Below, piece after piece: positions 33,746-43,905 of a DNA stretch of 64,000 bases. A program made the position numbers and the translations under genes. Under the pieces are notes generated by a model. That model did not search any database and was not told where the DNA came from. It was given only the letters and a program-made list of their open reading frames with translations. Within the stretch, counting starts at the first letter, position 1. Each line of letters begins with the position of its first letter. Where the stretch lies: assembly GCF_055900595.2 (NCBI RefSeq), contig NZ_CM148325.1, one strand, 5' to 3'.

Positions 33746-34252
33746 TATAATACCATATCCGACATTCTCAACATCTTAAGACATCCATGCAGACTGAATG
33801 TTGGTTTCAGTTTTTCACGGTAAGCATGAATCTTTTCTGTTCAAAAGCAGAGCAGATTTACTCTGGAATTATTTTTCTTACTCCGTATTCTGTACAGCAA
33901 AAACTTGTGCTAACTTTACAGCAAACCATCATAATCAGCGTCTGTAGTCCCATCGCTTTACCCCATGAAAGTGAATCCATATGATGTGAGAGAGATAAGT
34001 CATCGTATCCGGTAAACACTGCTTACTATAACATAAGATCATTCAGTCAGTTTTATCTCTGAACTGACGATTATGGCATGCTCATTTATATGGCTCACAG
34101 AGGAGTGTTATTATCCGTAAGCTTTAATCATCAAATCACATGACCATACCAAACTGGCGCTATATCAGCTCATTTGACGCTCATTCCCTTTAGATTTCTT
34201 TATGTGTTTTTTGTTGATAATTAAAATGTAATATAAATTTAATATTTTCAAA

Positions 34253-35476
34253 TCATAAACACCATTTAAAACCATCATCCTGAACATCATACAACAATAT
34301 ATTTTTACTAAAGCATGAATTGTATACTTCTATTAATTCAGGAAAATTATCAGGATTCACCTTTAAATTCAACTGAATGTTACACTTAATTTCACTCAGC
34401 AGTTCTTCATGCGTGGATTTTATTATCCCTTTATCATAATCTATAAATACACACATGTTTTTCATGAATTCAAACCCTTTTCCTGTATACAGTTTGATGA
34501 ATGCCACAAGAGCAAACATTTCAAGATGCAGCCATAATGCCACGTGAGTTTTTCGCAAAGTATAAAAAATTGAATTCGCCACTTTTTTACTTATTGCTCT
34601 TTTGTACTGTGAGTGCGCCAGATTCAGTAGTGGCAATTCTCTCTCGATAAATGAAAGTGAAAAAGACGGGTAAATTGATGTCGGAAATATTTCAGGTCTT
34701 ATGATATTTTCGATTTCCACCATAAATCTATCCATAGAACGAAAATCATTTTCTTTTTTTATTCTGGTATAGAGACCGCCTTTATTCCTTACTGCGACTT
34801 TTTTTCGTGCTATCCCCCCCAACATTTCCTCTAATTGTTTATTTATCTTCGTATCATTAAATACAACCATTCTTCTTATCATCCTGGGAAGGATGATAAT
34901 ATCAGAGCTTGAATCACTTGAACGGCAATTATTATTGATCCATGCAACTTCAAGTTGAAGTATCGGAACATTAAATTCTCTGGGGTTAATAACTCTCTGA
35001 TATTGTTTTTTGTATGCGTTTTCATTAAGATATTCTCTGCTGTAGAGAAACTTATAGCAATATAATCTGACAATATCCTTTATGTAAGATTTAAATGAGT
35101 CACCTGTAACAGATATATTTTTTCTTCTCAGTAACTCCTGTGTATTGAGCCATTCCCGTGACCGGAGTACTCCATTATGAAGACTTTTTCTTACTTGCTT
35201 TGAATTGCGCAATTGATGTAATATTTTTGCGTCCTCAACAATTCTCTTTCCCGTTTGATTTCTTGCAGCATCTATTACTCTGTCAAATATCTCCCGGTCC
35301 AGACTTTTGTCATATTTACTGATTATACGACAAATATTCCTGACCCGACGGTTCTCTTTATTTCGTTTCCATAACTGATAATGATCATCACATAACCTCA
35401 GGGCATTTGCCTCATCAAATTCTGAAACAGGATTGCTGCATTTTTTATTCCGACAGATACCTTTGTTTTTAGCCAT
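34253..35476 (-). CDS. Hypothetical protein, AT-rich orphan ORF (407 aa), function unknown
   Basis: Long ORF with RBS gggaagaagag upstream of ATG; K/N/I-rich; N-terminal Cys-rich stretch GICRNKKCSNP...LCDDHYQ; no family recognised by eye. Confidence 0.6.
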   Translation of the reverse strand: MAKNKGICRNKKCSNPVSEFDEANALRLCDDHYQLWKRNKENRRVRNICRIISKYDKSLDREIFDRVIDAARNQTGKRIVEDAKILHQLRNSKQVRKSLHNGVLRSREWLNTQELLRRKNISVTGDSFKSYIKDIVRLYCYKFLYSREYLNENAYKKQYQRVINPREFNVPILQLEVAWINNNCRSSDSSSDIIILPRMIRRMVVFNDTKINKQLEEMLGGIARKKVAVRNKGGLYTRIKKENDFRSMDRFMVEIENIIRPEIFPTSIYPSFSLSFIERELPLLNLAHSQYKRAISKKVANSIFYTLRKTHVALWLHLEMFALVAFIKLYTGKGFEFMKNMCVFIDYDKGIIKSTHEELLSEIKCNIQLNLKVNPDNFPELIEVYNSCFSKNILLYDVQDDGFKWCL

Positions 35477-35576
35477 ACTCTTCTTCCCGTCAATGGAAAA
35501 ATTTTCACGTCCATATTACCTGACTGAGAGGCCGGATTAATGTGATCCGGTTCAGTGAAATCAACAGGATAACGGT

Positions 35577-36461
35577 ATGTCATTCAGCCATTCTTCCCTC
35601 TCCGCACACGTAAAGTCACATCTGACCTTTCTTCCTGAAGAAATTCGCCAGAAAATCCTTGAACATCTTCGCAGCGTCATTCAGTACGAACCCGTTATTG
35701 GCATTATGGGTAAATCCGGTGCCGGAAAAAGCAGCCTGTGCAATGCCATTTTTCAGTCCCGTGTCTGCGCCACGCATCCGCTGAACGGCTGCACCCGTCA
35801 GGCTCATCGTCTTACCTTTCAGCCCGGTGAACGAAGAATGACGCTGGTCGATCTGCCCGGCACTGGCGAAACACCACAGCATGATCAGGAATACCGGGCA
35901 CTTTACAGTCAGTTACTGCCCGAACTGGATCTGATTATCTGGATCCTGCGGGCTGATGAACGTGCGTATGCTGCCGACATCGCCATGCATCAGTTTTTAC
36001 TGAATGAAGGTGCCGATCCCTCGCGTTTTCTGTTTGTTCTCAGCCATGCCGATCGCATCCACCCGGCTGAAGAATGGAACAACCAGAGCAGCACGCCATC
36101 CCGTCAGCAGGAACTCTCACTGGCGACGGTGACAGCCCGGGTGGCAACCCTGTTCCCTTCATCATTTCCGGTACTCCCCATAGCCGCTCCTGCCGGCTGG
36201 AATCTTCCGGCATTTGTGTCTCTGATGATCCACGCCCTGCCACCACAGGCAACCAGCGCGGTTTATTCGCATATCCGGAATGAAAAGCGCACTGCGCAGG
36301 ATCAGCAACACGCACAGCAGGCTTTTGGTGACGCCATCGGCCAGAGTTTTGACGCTGCCATTGCCCGGTTCAGCTTTCCGGCCTGGATGCTGCAGCTTCT
36401 GCGCAAAGCCCGTGATCGCATTATCCGCCTGCTGATCACACTGTGGGATCGCCTGTTCTGA
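35577..36461 (+). CDS. YeeP/YkfA/YfjP-family GTPase
   Basis: 294 aa; P-loop GIMGKSGAGKSSLCNAI, DLPGTGE switch region. Confidence 0.8.
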   Translation: MSFSHSSLSAHVKSHLTFLPEEIRQKILEHLRSVIQYEPVIGIMGKSGAGKSSLCNAIFQSRVCATHPLNGCTRQAHRLTFQPGERRMTLVDLPGTGETPQHDQEYRALYSQLLPELDLIIWILRADERAYAADIAMHQFLLNEGADPSRFLFVLSHADRIHPAEEWNNQSSTPSRQQELSLATVTARVATLFPSSFPVLPIAAPAGWNLPAFVSLMIHALPPQATSAVYSHIRNEKRTAQDQQHAQQAFGDAIGQSFDAAIARFSFPAWMLQLLRKARDRIIRLLITLWDRLF

Positions 36462-36646
36462 ATGTCCCCGCTTTTTGACCGGCCCCGGCGATAACCAGGA
36501 AACGCATTTCCGGTTGCGTCACCACAATGCTGAAGGGCTTCGGTAAACCCTCATTCATTTCATCCATCAGGCCGCGTCTTCTCCGTGAGACGCGGCTTTT
36601 TCATTGATTACGTCATTCAGTCTTAACCACTGATAAGGAGCAAAGT

Positions 36647-37465
36647 ATGCGATTAGCCAGTCGTTTTGGTTATGCGAACCAGATACGCCGTGACCGTCCG
36701 CTGACCCGTGAAGAGCTGATGCACCATGTGCCCGGGATTTTCGGGGAAGATAAACACACCTCCCGGAGCCGGAACTATACATACATCCCCACCATCACCG
36801 TGCTGGAAAGCCTGCAGCGGGAAGGCTTTCAGCCATTCTTCGCCTGCCAGACCCGCGTACGTGACCCGGGCCGCCGGGGGTATACCAAACACATGCTGCG
36901 TCTGCGCCGTGACGGGGAGATAAACGGACAACATGTCCCTGAAATTATTCTGCTCAACTCTCATGACGGTACCTCCAGCTACCAGATGCTGCCGGGTTAC
37001 TTCAGGTTCGTCTGCCAGAACGGATGCGTCTGCGGTCAGTCTCTGGGGGAAGTGCGTGTTCCGCACCGGGGAAATGTGGTGGACAGAGTCATTGAAGGGG
37101 CTTACGAGGTGGTGGGCGTGTTTGACCGGATAGAGGAGAAGCGTGATGCCATGCAGTCGCTGGTCCTGCCGCCACCGGCACGCCAGGCGCTGGCACAGGC
37201 GGCACTGACTTACCGTTATGGTGACGAACATCAGCCCGTCACCACCGCCGACATTCTGACACCACGACGCCGGGAGGATTACGGTAAGGACCTGTGGAGT
37301 GCTTATCAGACCATCCAGGAGAATATGCTGAAAGGCGGGATTTCCGGTCGCAGTGCAAAAGGAAAACGTATCCATACCCGGGCCATTCACAGCATTGATA
37401 CCGATATAAAACTCAACCGCGCATTGTGGGTGATGGCAGAAACGCTGCTTGAGAGCATGCGCTGA
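36647..37465 (+). CDS. DUF932-family protein (YfjQ/YafZ-like)
   Basis: 272 aa, MRLASRFGYANQIRRDRPLTREELMHHVPGIFGEDKHTSRSRNYTYIPT...; position after the GTPase gene as in CP4-type islands. Confidence 0.65.
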   Translation: MRLASRFGYANQIRRDRPLTREELMHHVPGIFGEDKHTSRSRNYTYIPTITVLESLQREGFQPFFACQTRVRDPGRRGYTKHMLRLRRDGEINGQHVPEIILLNSHDGTSSYQMLPGYFRFVCQNGCVCGQSLGEVRVPHRGNVVDRVIEGAYEVVGVFDRIEEKRDAMQSLVLPPPARQALAQAALTYRYGDEHQPVTTADILTPRRREDYGKDLWSAYQTIQENMLKGGISGRSAKGKRIHTRAIHSIDTDIKLNRALWVMAETLLESMR

Positions 37466-37546
37466 TGCCGTTTCCCTGAGTGAGGGAATCATTCAGCTTT
37501 CGTTCCTGAAAAACACACATTTATTTGTTATTTAAGGCGTTATCTC

Positions 37547-38026
37547 ATGAAAACCGTTTCTCAGAATACCCCCACAATTTATTCAGCTACAACACCAGAG
37601 AATAATCCGCCTCAGTTGGTTGCCAGCCTCGTCCCTGATGAACAGCGCATCAGCTTCTGGCCGCAGCATTTTGGCCTCATTCCACAGTGGGTGACCCTGG
37701 AGCCCCGTGTCTTCGGCTGGATGGACCGTCTGTGCGAAGACTACTGCGGTGGTATCTGGAATCTGTACACCCTGAACAACGGCGGGGCATTTATGGCCCC
37801 CGAACCGGATGATGATGATGACGAAACATGGGTACTGTTCAATGCCATGAACGGTAACCGCGCTGAAATGAGCCCGGAAGCCGCCGGCATTGCTGCCTGT
37901 CTGATGACGTACAGTCATCACGCCTGCCGTACGGAGTGTTATGCCATGACGGTTCATTATTACCGTCTGCGGGATTACGCCCTGCAGCATCCGGAATGCA
38001 GCGCCATTATGCGCATCATTGACTGA
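37547..38026 (+). CDS. Antirestriction protein (KlcA/ArdB-like, YfjX/YeeS-context)
   Basis: 159 aa; ...WVTLEPRVFGWMDRLCEDYCGGIWNLYTLNNGGAFMAPEPDDDDDETW... Confidence 0.65.
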   Translation: MKTVSQNTPTIYSATTPENNPPQLVASLVPDEQRISFWPQHFGLIPQWVTLEPRVFGWMDRLCEDYCGGIWNLYTLNNGGAFMAPEPDDDDDETWVLFNAMNGNRAEMSPEAAGIAACLMTYSHHACRTECYAMTVHYYRLRDYALQHPECSAIMRIID

Positions 38027-38041
38027 AAGGGGGCCGGAACA

Positions 38042-38518
38042 ATGCAACAGATTTCCTTTCTGCCCGGAGAAATGACAACCAGAGAGCGCAGCCTCATTCA
38101 GCGGGCCCTGAAAGCCCTGGACCGCCATCTTCATGAACCCGGCGTGGTCTTCACCTCCACGCATGCGGCACGGGAATGGCTGATTCTGAACATGGCGGGA
38201 CTGGAGCGTGAAGAATTCCGGGTGCTGTATCTGAACAACCAGAATCAGCTGATTGCCGGTGAAACCCTCTTCACCGGCACCATCAACCGCACGGAAGTCC
38301 ATCCCCGGGAAGTGATTAAACGCGCCCTGTACCACAATGCCGCTGCCGTGGTGCTGGCACACAATCACCCGTCCGGTGAAGTCACACCCAGTAAGGCAGA
38401 CCGCCTTATTACGGAACGTCTGGTACAGGCGCTGGCCCTGGTGGATATCCGGGTGCCGGACCATCTGATAGTCGGTGGCAGCCAGGTTTTCTCCTTTGCC
38501 GAACATGGTCTGCTTTAA
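38042..38518 (+). CDS. RadC-like JAB-domain protein
   Basis: 158 aa; JAMM-type motif ...AAAVVLAHNHPSGEVTPSKADRLITERL... Confidence 0.8.
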   Translation: MQQISFLPGEMTTRERSLIQRALKALDRHLHEPGVVFTSTHAAREWLILNMAGLEREEFRVLYLNNQNQLIAGETLFTGTINRTEVHPREVIKRALYHNAAAVVLAHNHPSGEVTPSKADRLITERLVQALALVDIRVPDHLIVGGSQVFSFAEHGLL

Positions 38519-38580
38519 CCCGTCACAACCACATCACACCTGTTTTCACTTTTATCTTCTGTCTTCAGAGGTATCCCATT

Positions 38581-38802
38581 ATGAAAATCATCACCCGTGG
38601 TGAAGCCATGCGTATTCACCAACAGCATCCTGCATCCCGTCTTTTTCCGTTCTGTACCGGCAAATACCGCTGGCACGGCAGCACTGAAACGTATACCGGT
38701 CGTGAAGTGCAGGATATTCCCGGTGTGCTGGCTGTGTTTGCAGAACGTCGTAAGGACAGTTTTGGCCCGTATGTCCGGCTGATGAGCGTCACCCTGAACT
38801 GA
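38581..38802 (+). CDS. DUF987-family small protein (YeeT/YkfH-like)
   Basis: 73 aa, MKIITRGEAMRIHQQHPASRLFPFCTGKYRWHGSTETYTGREVQDIPGV...; sits where yeeT/ykfH sits upstream of the toxin-antitoxin pair. Confidence 0.6.
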   Translation: MKIITRGEAMRIHQQHPASRLFPFCTGKYRWHGSTETYTGREVQDIPGVLAVFAERRKDSFGPYVRLMSVTLN

Positions 38803-38816
38803 GTCAGGGCATTCTG

Positions 38817-39449
38817 ATGAGCAGAATTATCACCATCACAGTGTATACGCTGGATGAACTTTCCTGCCCGGCACGGGAAAAAGCCCGCGACGGGTACCGT
38901 CAGCATCATGCTGACAGCAACTGGTATGAAAACGTGTATGAAGACTTCAGGGAGGTCTGTGGCATTTTCGGAATTGACCTCCGCCAGCGCGTTTTCCGGC
39001 TCAGCAACGGCAGGTTTATGGAGGAGCCGAGCATCTGGTTCAGCGGATTCTGCAGCCAGGGACGGAGCCTGTTTTGAAGGACGCTGGCACTGGCAGTCAG
39101 CAACAACCAGGAGAGTCCGGGAGTATGCCCCGCAGAACCGTGAGCTTCATCGTATCGCGGATGCCCTGCAGGCGGTGCAGAAACGTAACTTCTGGCAACT
39201 GCAGGCTGAAATCCACCACCGGGGACGTTACTGCCATCCGTTATCACTGTTACCCGGAACAGTCCGACTGGTCAGGCTATGACAGCCGATGCGGAAGCCG
39301 CTGTCAGCGAAGCCCTGCGCGACCTGGCCTTCTGGCTGTACCGTCAACTGGAAAACGAGTACGACCAGATGACCTCAGACGCCGCTGTGGATGAGGCCAT
39401 TCTCATCAATGCATACATCTTCACCGAAACCGGTCAGCGCACCGGCTGA
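38817..39449 (+). pseudogene. Hypothetical gene broken into three overlapping frames (apparent +1/-1 frameshift pair)
   Basis: Frame 0 MSRIITITVYTLDELSCPAREKARDGYRQHHADSNWYENVYEDF...FCSQG; frame +1 ...DGACFEGRWHWQSATTRRVREYAPQNRELHRIADALQAVQKRNFWQLQAEIHHRG...; frame 0 MTADAEAAVSEALRDLAFWLYRQLENEYDQMTSDAAVDEAILINAYIFTETGQRTG*. Confidence 0.4.
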
Positions 39450-39498
39450 CCTGTCATCGTTAAACCATTCTTAACCACTTTTCAGAGAGGATTTTATC

Positions 39499-39867
39499 GT
39501 GTCAGACACACTCTCCGGGATAACTCATCCCGACGACAATCACGACCGCCCCTGGTGGGGGCTTCCCTGCACAGTGAGGCCCTGTTTTGGCGCCCGTCTG
39601 GTGCAGGAGGGTAACCGCCTGCATTACCTTGCCGACCGCGCCGGCATCAGAGGCCGGTTCAGCGATGCGGATGCATACCATCTGGACCAGGCCTTTCCGC
39701 TGCTGATGAAACAACTGGAACTCATGCTCACCAGCGGTGAACTGAATCCCCGCCATCAGCATACCGTCACGCTGTATGCAAAAGGGCTGACCTGCGAAGC
39801 CGACACCCTCGGCAGTTGTGGTTACGTTTATCTGGCTGTTTATCCGACGCCCGAAACGAAAAAGTAA
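39499..39867 (+). CDS. cbeA: CbeA/YeeU-family type IV antitoxin
   Basis: 122 aa, MSDTLSGITHPDDNHDRPWWGLPCTVRPCFGARLVQEGNRLHYLADRAGIRG... Confidence 0.85.
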   Translation: MSDTLSGITHPDDNHDRPWWGLPCTVRPCFGARLVQEGNRLHYLADRAGIRGRFSDADAYHLDQAFPLLMKQLELMLTSGELNPRHQHTVTLYAKGLTCEADTLGSCGYVYLAVYPTPETKK

Positions 39868-39957
39868 ACCACCGGAATAACCTTCTGCTCCGGCCAGGTG
39901 TTTTCACCACGCCACTCTCCCCATAATTTAATCTCTCATATCAGGAAAATCTTCAGT

Positions 39958-40368
39958 ATGAAATTATTACCCGACACACATGTACGGGAGGCATCGTGCT
40001 GCCCGTCTCCCGTCACCATCTGGCAGACACTGCTCATCCGTCTGCTGGACCAGCACTATGGCCTCACACTGAATGACACACCGTTCGCTGATGAACGTGT
40101 GATTGAGCAGCATATTGAGGCCGGCATTTCACTGTGCGATGCGGTGAACTTTCTCGTTGAAAAATACGCACTGGTACGTACCGACCAGCCGGGATTCAGC
40201 GCAGGAGCCCCGTCGCAGTTAATCAACAGCATCGATATTCTCCGGGCCCGCCGGGCAACAGGCCTGATGACACGTAATAACTACAGAATGGTAAATAACA
40301 TTACCCTGGGTAGCATCCGGGGGCGAAACGATGAAACTTTCCCTGACGCTGGAAGCCGACAGCATTAA
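39958..40368 (+). CDS. cbtA: CbtA/YeeV-family type IV toxin
   Basis: [82 protein letters not shown]...; start taken at internal ATG 39958. Confidence 0.85.
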   Translation: MKLLPDTHVREASCCPSPVTIWQTLLIRLLDQHYGLTLNDTPFADERVIEQHIEAGISLCDAVNFLVEKYALVRTDQPGFSAGAPSQLINSIDILRARRATGLMTRNNYRMVNNITLGSIRGRNDETFPDAGSRQH

Positions 40369-40753
40369 CGTGCAGGCACTGAACATGGGGCGCATTGTCG
40401 TTGACATTGATGGTGTAAATCTCGCTGAACTGATTAACAAGGTCGCTGAATACGGTTATTCACTCCGCGTGGTGGATGAACGTGACGCTACCGAAACACC
40501 GGCGACTTCTGCCAGCTCTCATCAGTTGCCGGAAGACAATACAGTGATACAGAGCGTGATGCCATTAACCACTGAAACAGCGCTGGATATCCTCATTGCG
40601 TGGCTGCAGGACAATATCGACTGCGGGTCCGGAATTATTTTCGACAACGATGAGGATAAAACGGATTCGGCAGCACTGCTGCCCTGTATTGAACAGGCCA
40701 GGGAGGATATCCGTACCCTGCACCAACTGCAACTTCTGCACCAGAACCGGTGA
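40331..40753 (+). CDS. YeeW-like protein downstream of the toxin gene
   Basis: 140-aa ORF overlapping the cbtA 3' end; assigned by position only. Confidence 0.45.
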   Translation: MKLSLTLEADSINVQALNMGRIVVDIDGVNLAELINKVAEYGYSLRVVDERDATETPATSASSHQLPEDNTVIQSVMPLTTETALDILIAWLQDNIDCGSGIIFDNDEDKTDSAALLPCIEQAREDIRTLHQLQLLHQNR

Positions 40754-40837
40754 ATCTCACTCACCAGACTTCATTCTCCTGACGCCAGCCTGAACAGAGC
40801 TGGCGTTTTCGTTTATAAACAGAAAGGAAACCCCATA

Positions 40838-41623
40838 ATGTCATATATCACAATCCCCCACCCGAACGCGGTCAACGGACATACAGCCGTTATCTGTTCC
40901 ACAAGTATCAGACACATCCTGGCTGTACGAAAGAGTACACTGCTGCAAATCGACACGCTTATCCGGCAACTGACAGAAATCTCAGCACTGACGGAAAGTA
41001 TTGGCGGTAAAGCCGCCCCGGACTGGGCGATGAAACAGAATTTTCGCTGTGGTTGCTGGCTGATGGAGAAACCAGAAACAGCAATGAAAGCCATTACCCG
41101 GAATCTTGACCGCGAAATCTGGCGTAACCTGATGCAGCGTTCCGGGATGCTTTCCTTAATGGATGCACAGGCACGTGATACATGGTACAGGTCACTGGAA
41201 TATGATAATTTTCCGGAAATCAGTGAAGCGAACATTCTGAGCACATTTGAACAACTGCACCAGAATAAGGATGAAGTGTTTGAGCGGGGGGTGATCAACC
41301 TCTTCAAAGGGCTGAGCTGGGATTACAAAACCAACTCACCCTGTAAATTTGGCAGTAAAATTATCGTCAACAATCTGGTGAGGTGGGACCAGTGGGGATT
41401 TCATCTTATCAGTGGAATGCAGGCAGATCGCCTGGCTGACCTGGAAAGAATGTTGCATCTGCTCAGCGGTAAACCGATCCCCGACAACCGGGGAATATCA
41501 CCATTAATCTGGATGACCACATACAGTCCGTTCAGGGTAAAGGACGCTATGAAGATGAGATGTTCATCATTAAATACTTTAAGAAGGGAGCTGCACACAT
41601 CACTTTCAAAAGGCTGGAGCTGA
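40838..41623 (+). CDS. DUF4942-like hypothetical protein
   Basis: 261-aa ORF; family assignment tentative, no search run. Confidence 0.45.
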   Translation: MSYITIPHPNAVNGHTAVICSTSIRHILAVRKSTLLQIDTLIRQLTEISALTESIGGKAAPDWAMKQNFRCGCWLMEKPETAMKAITRNLDREIWRNLMQRSGMLSLMDAQARDTWYRSLEYDNFPEISEANILSTFEQLHQNKDEVFERGVINLFKGLSWDYKTNSPCKFGSKIIVNNLVRWDQWGFHLISGMQADRLADLERMLHLLSGKPIPDNRGISPLIWMTTYSPFRVKDAMKMRCSSLNTLRRELHTSLSKGWS

Positions 41624-41788
41624 TTGACAGAATTAACGATATAATAGCCAGGCACTTTCCTTCTGTGCTCTCAGCCTGACCCCGAGTTTGATTCCCTTTC
41701 GATATCAAAAGGGACTGCGGGTACAAAAGAGGGTACATCTTTCACCAAACCAAACAAAATAAACCAATATCAACATGATAGAAGCATT

Positions 41789-41811
41789 CTTCGATTCCGA
41801 GTCCGGCACCA
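41789..41811 (+). repeat. tRNA-Phe 3'-end remnant (island attachment-site direct repeat)
   Basis: cttcgattccgagtccggcacca matches the 3' end of tRNA-Phe (GGTTCGATTCCGAGTCCGGGCACCA) with one G missing; no full tRNA present. Confidence 0.6.
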
Positions 41812-41822
41812 AATTCATATAA

Positions 41823-41848
41823 ACGGACCTCCACGGAGGTCCGTTTTT
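41823..41848 (+). terminator. Intrinsic terminator following the tRNA-Phe remnant
   Basis: acggacctcc-acg-ggaggtccgt followed by TTTTT. Confidence 0.6.
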
Positions 41849-43207
41849 CGTTTCAGGACGCCATGTGATTTAAGCGTTCTGCCTTCAAATCATTTCTAAC
41901 AATCTCAACCAAATTTTCCCTAATCGCCAGCATGTTACGGGTATACCCCAGCTCTGGGAAATTTATCCCTAAGCTATGAATGACTCTCACGAAATGTCGT
42001 GCGGCTGCGTGATGCAGTTGAAAATCAAATGATGTCATCAAGAGCTTAACGGTATCGTTGCCGATGACATATATAAAGCACAACCTCGGGCAGAACGCCG
42101 ACTGATGAGATTTTCTGAATGAGAACAAAGAGTAATGTCTCAGTTCGTTTGCTCATGCAAAGACTAATAATCCATGAAAATAGTAAGTGCTCTGAGAAAT
42201 TTTCCATGGATTATTTTCTGAACATTTTTCTTTGGCAAAGATGATGAATTTTGATGATAAGGAATATTACTTCTGGTTCTCAGTAAACTCCTTTCGTAAT
42301 ACTATGTAATCAAGAAGTTTATGGCGGGTAAAAATAACGTCTTACATTCACCAACAATATGTAAATAAACCCATCTATAGATGGTAAAAATAGGTCATGG
42401 CAATTATCATTGAACCATTCCCTTTTCGAATGAGTTTCTATTATGCAACAACCTGTAGTTCGCGTTGGCGAATGGCTTGTTACTCCGTCCATAAACCAAA
42501 TTAGCCGCAATGGGCGTCAACTTACCCTTGAGCCGAGATTAATCGATCTTCTGGTTTTCTTTGCTCAACACAGTGGCGAAGTACTTAGCAGGGATGAACT
42601 TATCGATAATGTCTGGAAGAGAAGTATTGTCACCAATCACGTTGTGACGCAGAGTATCTCAGAACTACGTAAGTCATTAAAAGATAATGATGAAGATAGT
42701 CCTGTCTATATCGCTACTGTACCAAAGCGCGGCTATAAATTAATGGTGCCGGTTATCTGGTACAGCGAAGAAGAGGGAGAGGAAATAATGCTATCTTCGC
42801 CTCCCCCTATACCAGAGGCGGTTCCTGACACAGATTCTCCCTCCCAAAGTCTTAACATTCAAAACACCGCAACACCACCTGAACAATCCCCAGTTAAAAG
42901 CAAACGATTCACTACCTTTTGGGTATGGTTTTTTTTCCTGTTGTCGTTAGGTATCTGTGTAGCACTGGTAGCGTTTTCAAGTCTTGATACACGTCTTCCT
43001 ATGAGCAAATCGCGTATTTTGCTCAATCCACGCGATATTGACATTAATATGGTAAATAAAAGTTGTAACAGCTGGAGTTCCCCGTATCAGCTCTCTTACG
43101 CGATAGGCGTGGGTGATTTGGTGGCGACATCACTTAACACCTTCTCCACCTTGGTGATGCTGCCAACTTACTGATTTAGTGTATGATGGTGTTTTTGAGG
43201 TGCTCCA

Positions 43208-43483
43208 GTGGCTTCTGTTTCTATCAGCTGTCCCTCCTGTTCAGCTACTGACGGGGTGGTGCGTAACGGCAAAAGCACCGCCGGACATCAGCGCTATCTC
43301 TGCTCTCACTGCCGTAAAACATGGCAACTGCAGTTCACTTACACCGCTTCTCAACCCGGTACGCACCAGAAAATCATTGATATGGCCATGAATGGCGTTG
43401 GATGCCGGGCAACTGCCCGCATTATGGGCGTTGGCCTCAACACGATTTTACGTCACTTAAAAAACTCAGGCCGCAGTCGGTAA
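43208..43483 (+). CDS. insA: IS1 InsA
   Basis: [91 protein letters not shown]. Confidence 0.9.
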
Positions 43484-43905
43484 CCTCGCGCATACAGCCG
43501 GGCAGTGACGTCATCGTCTGTGCGGAAATGGACGAACAGTGGGGCTATGTCGGGGCTAAATCGCGCCAGCGCTGGCTGTTTTACGCGTATGACAGGCTCC
43601 GGAAGACGGTTGTTGCGCACGTATTCGGTGAACGCACTATGGCGACGCTGGGGCGTCTTATGAGCCTGCTGTCACCCTTTGACGTGGTGATATGGATGAC
43701 GGATGGCTGGCCGCTGTATGAATCCCGCCTGAAGGGAAAGCTGCACGTAATCAGCAAGCGATATACGCAGCGAATTGAGCGGCATAACCTGAATCTGAGG
43801 CAGCACCTGGCACGGCTGGGACGGAAGTCGCTGTCGTTCTCAAAATCGGTGGAGCTGCATGACAAAGTCATCGGGCATTATCTGAACATAAAACACTATC
43901 AATAA
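43402..43905 (+). CDS. insB: IS1 InsB frame (expressed as InsAB' by -1 frameshift)
   Basis: ...[71 protein letters not shown]... Confidence 0.8.

Noticed and set aside
36653-38506. Minus-strand ORFs of 279 aa and 307 aa across the DUF932 / antirestriction / RadC region
   Set aside because: Antisense to three plus-strand genes with recognisable family motifs and conserved island order.
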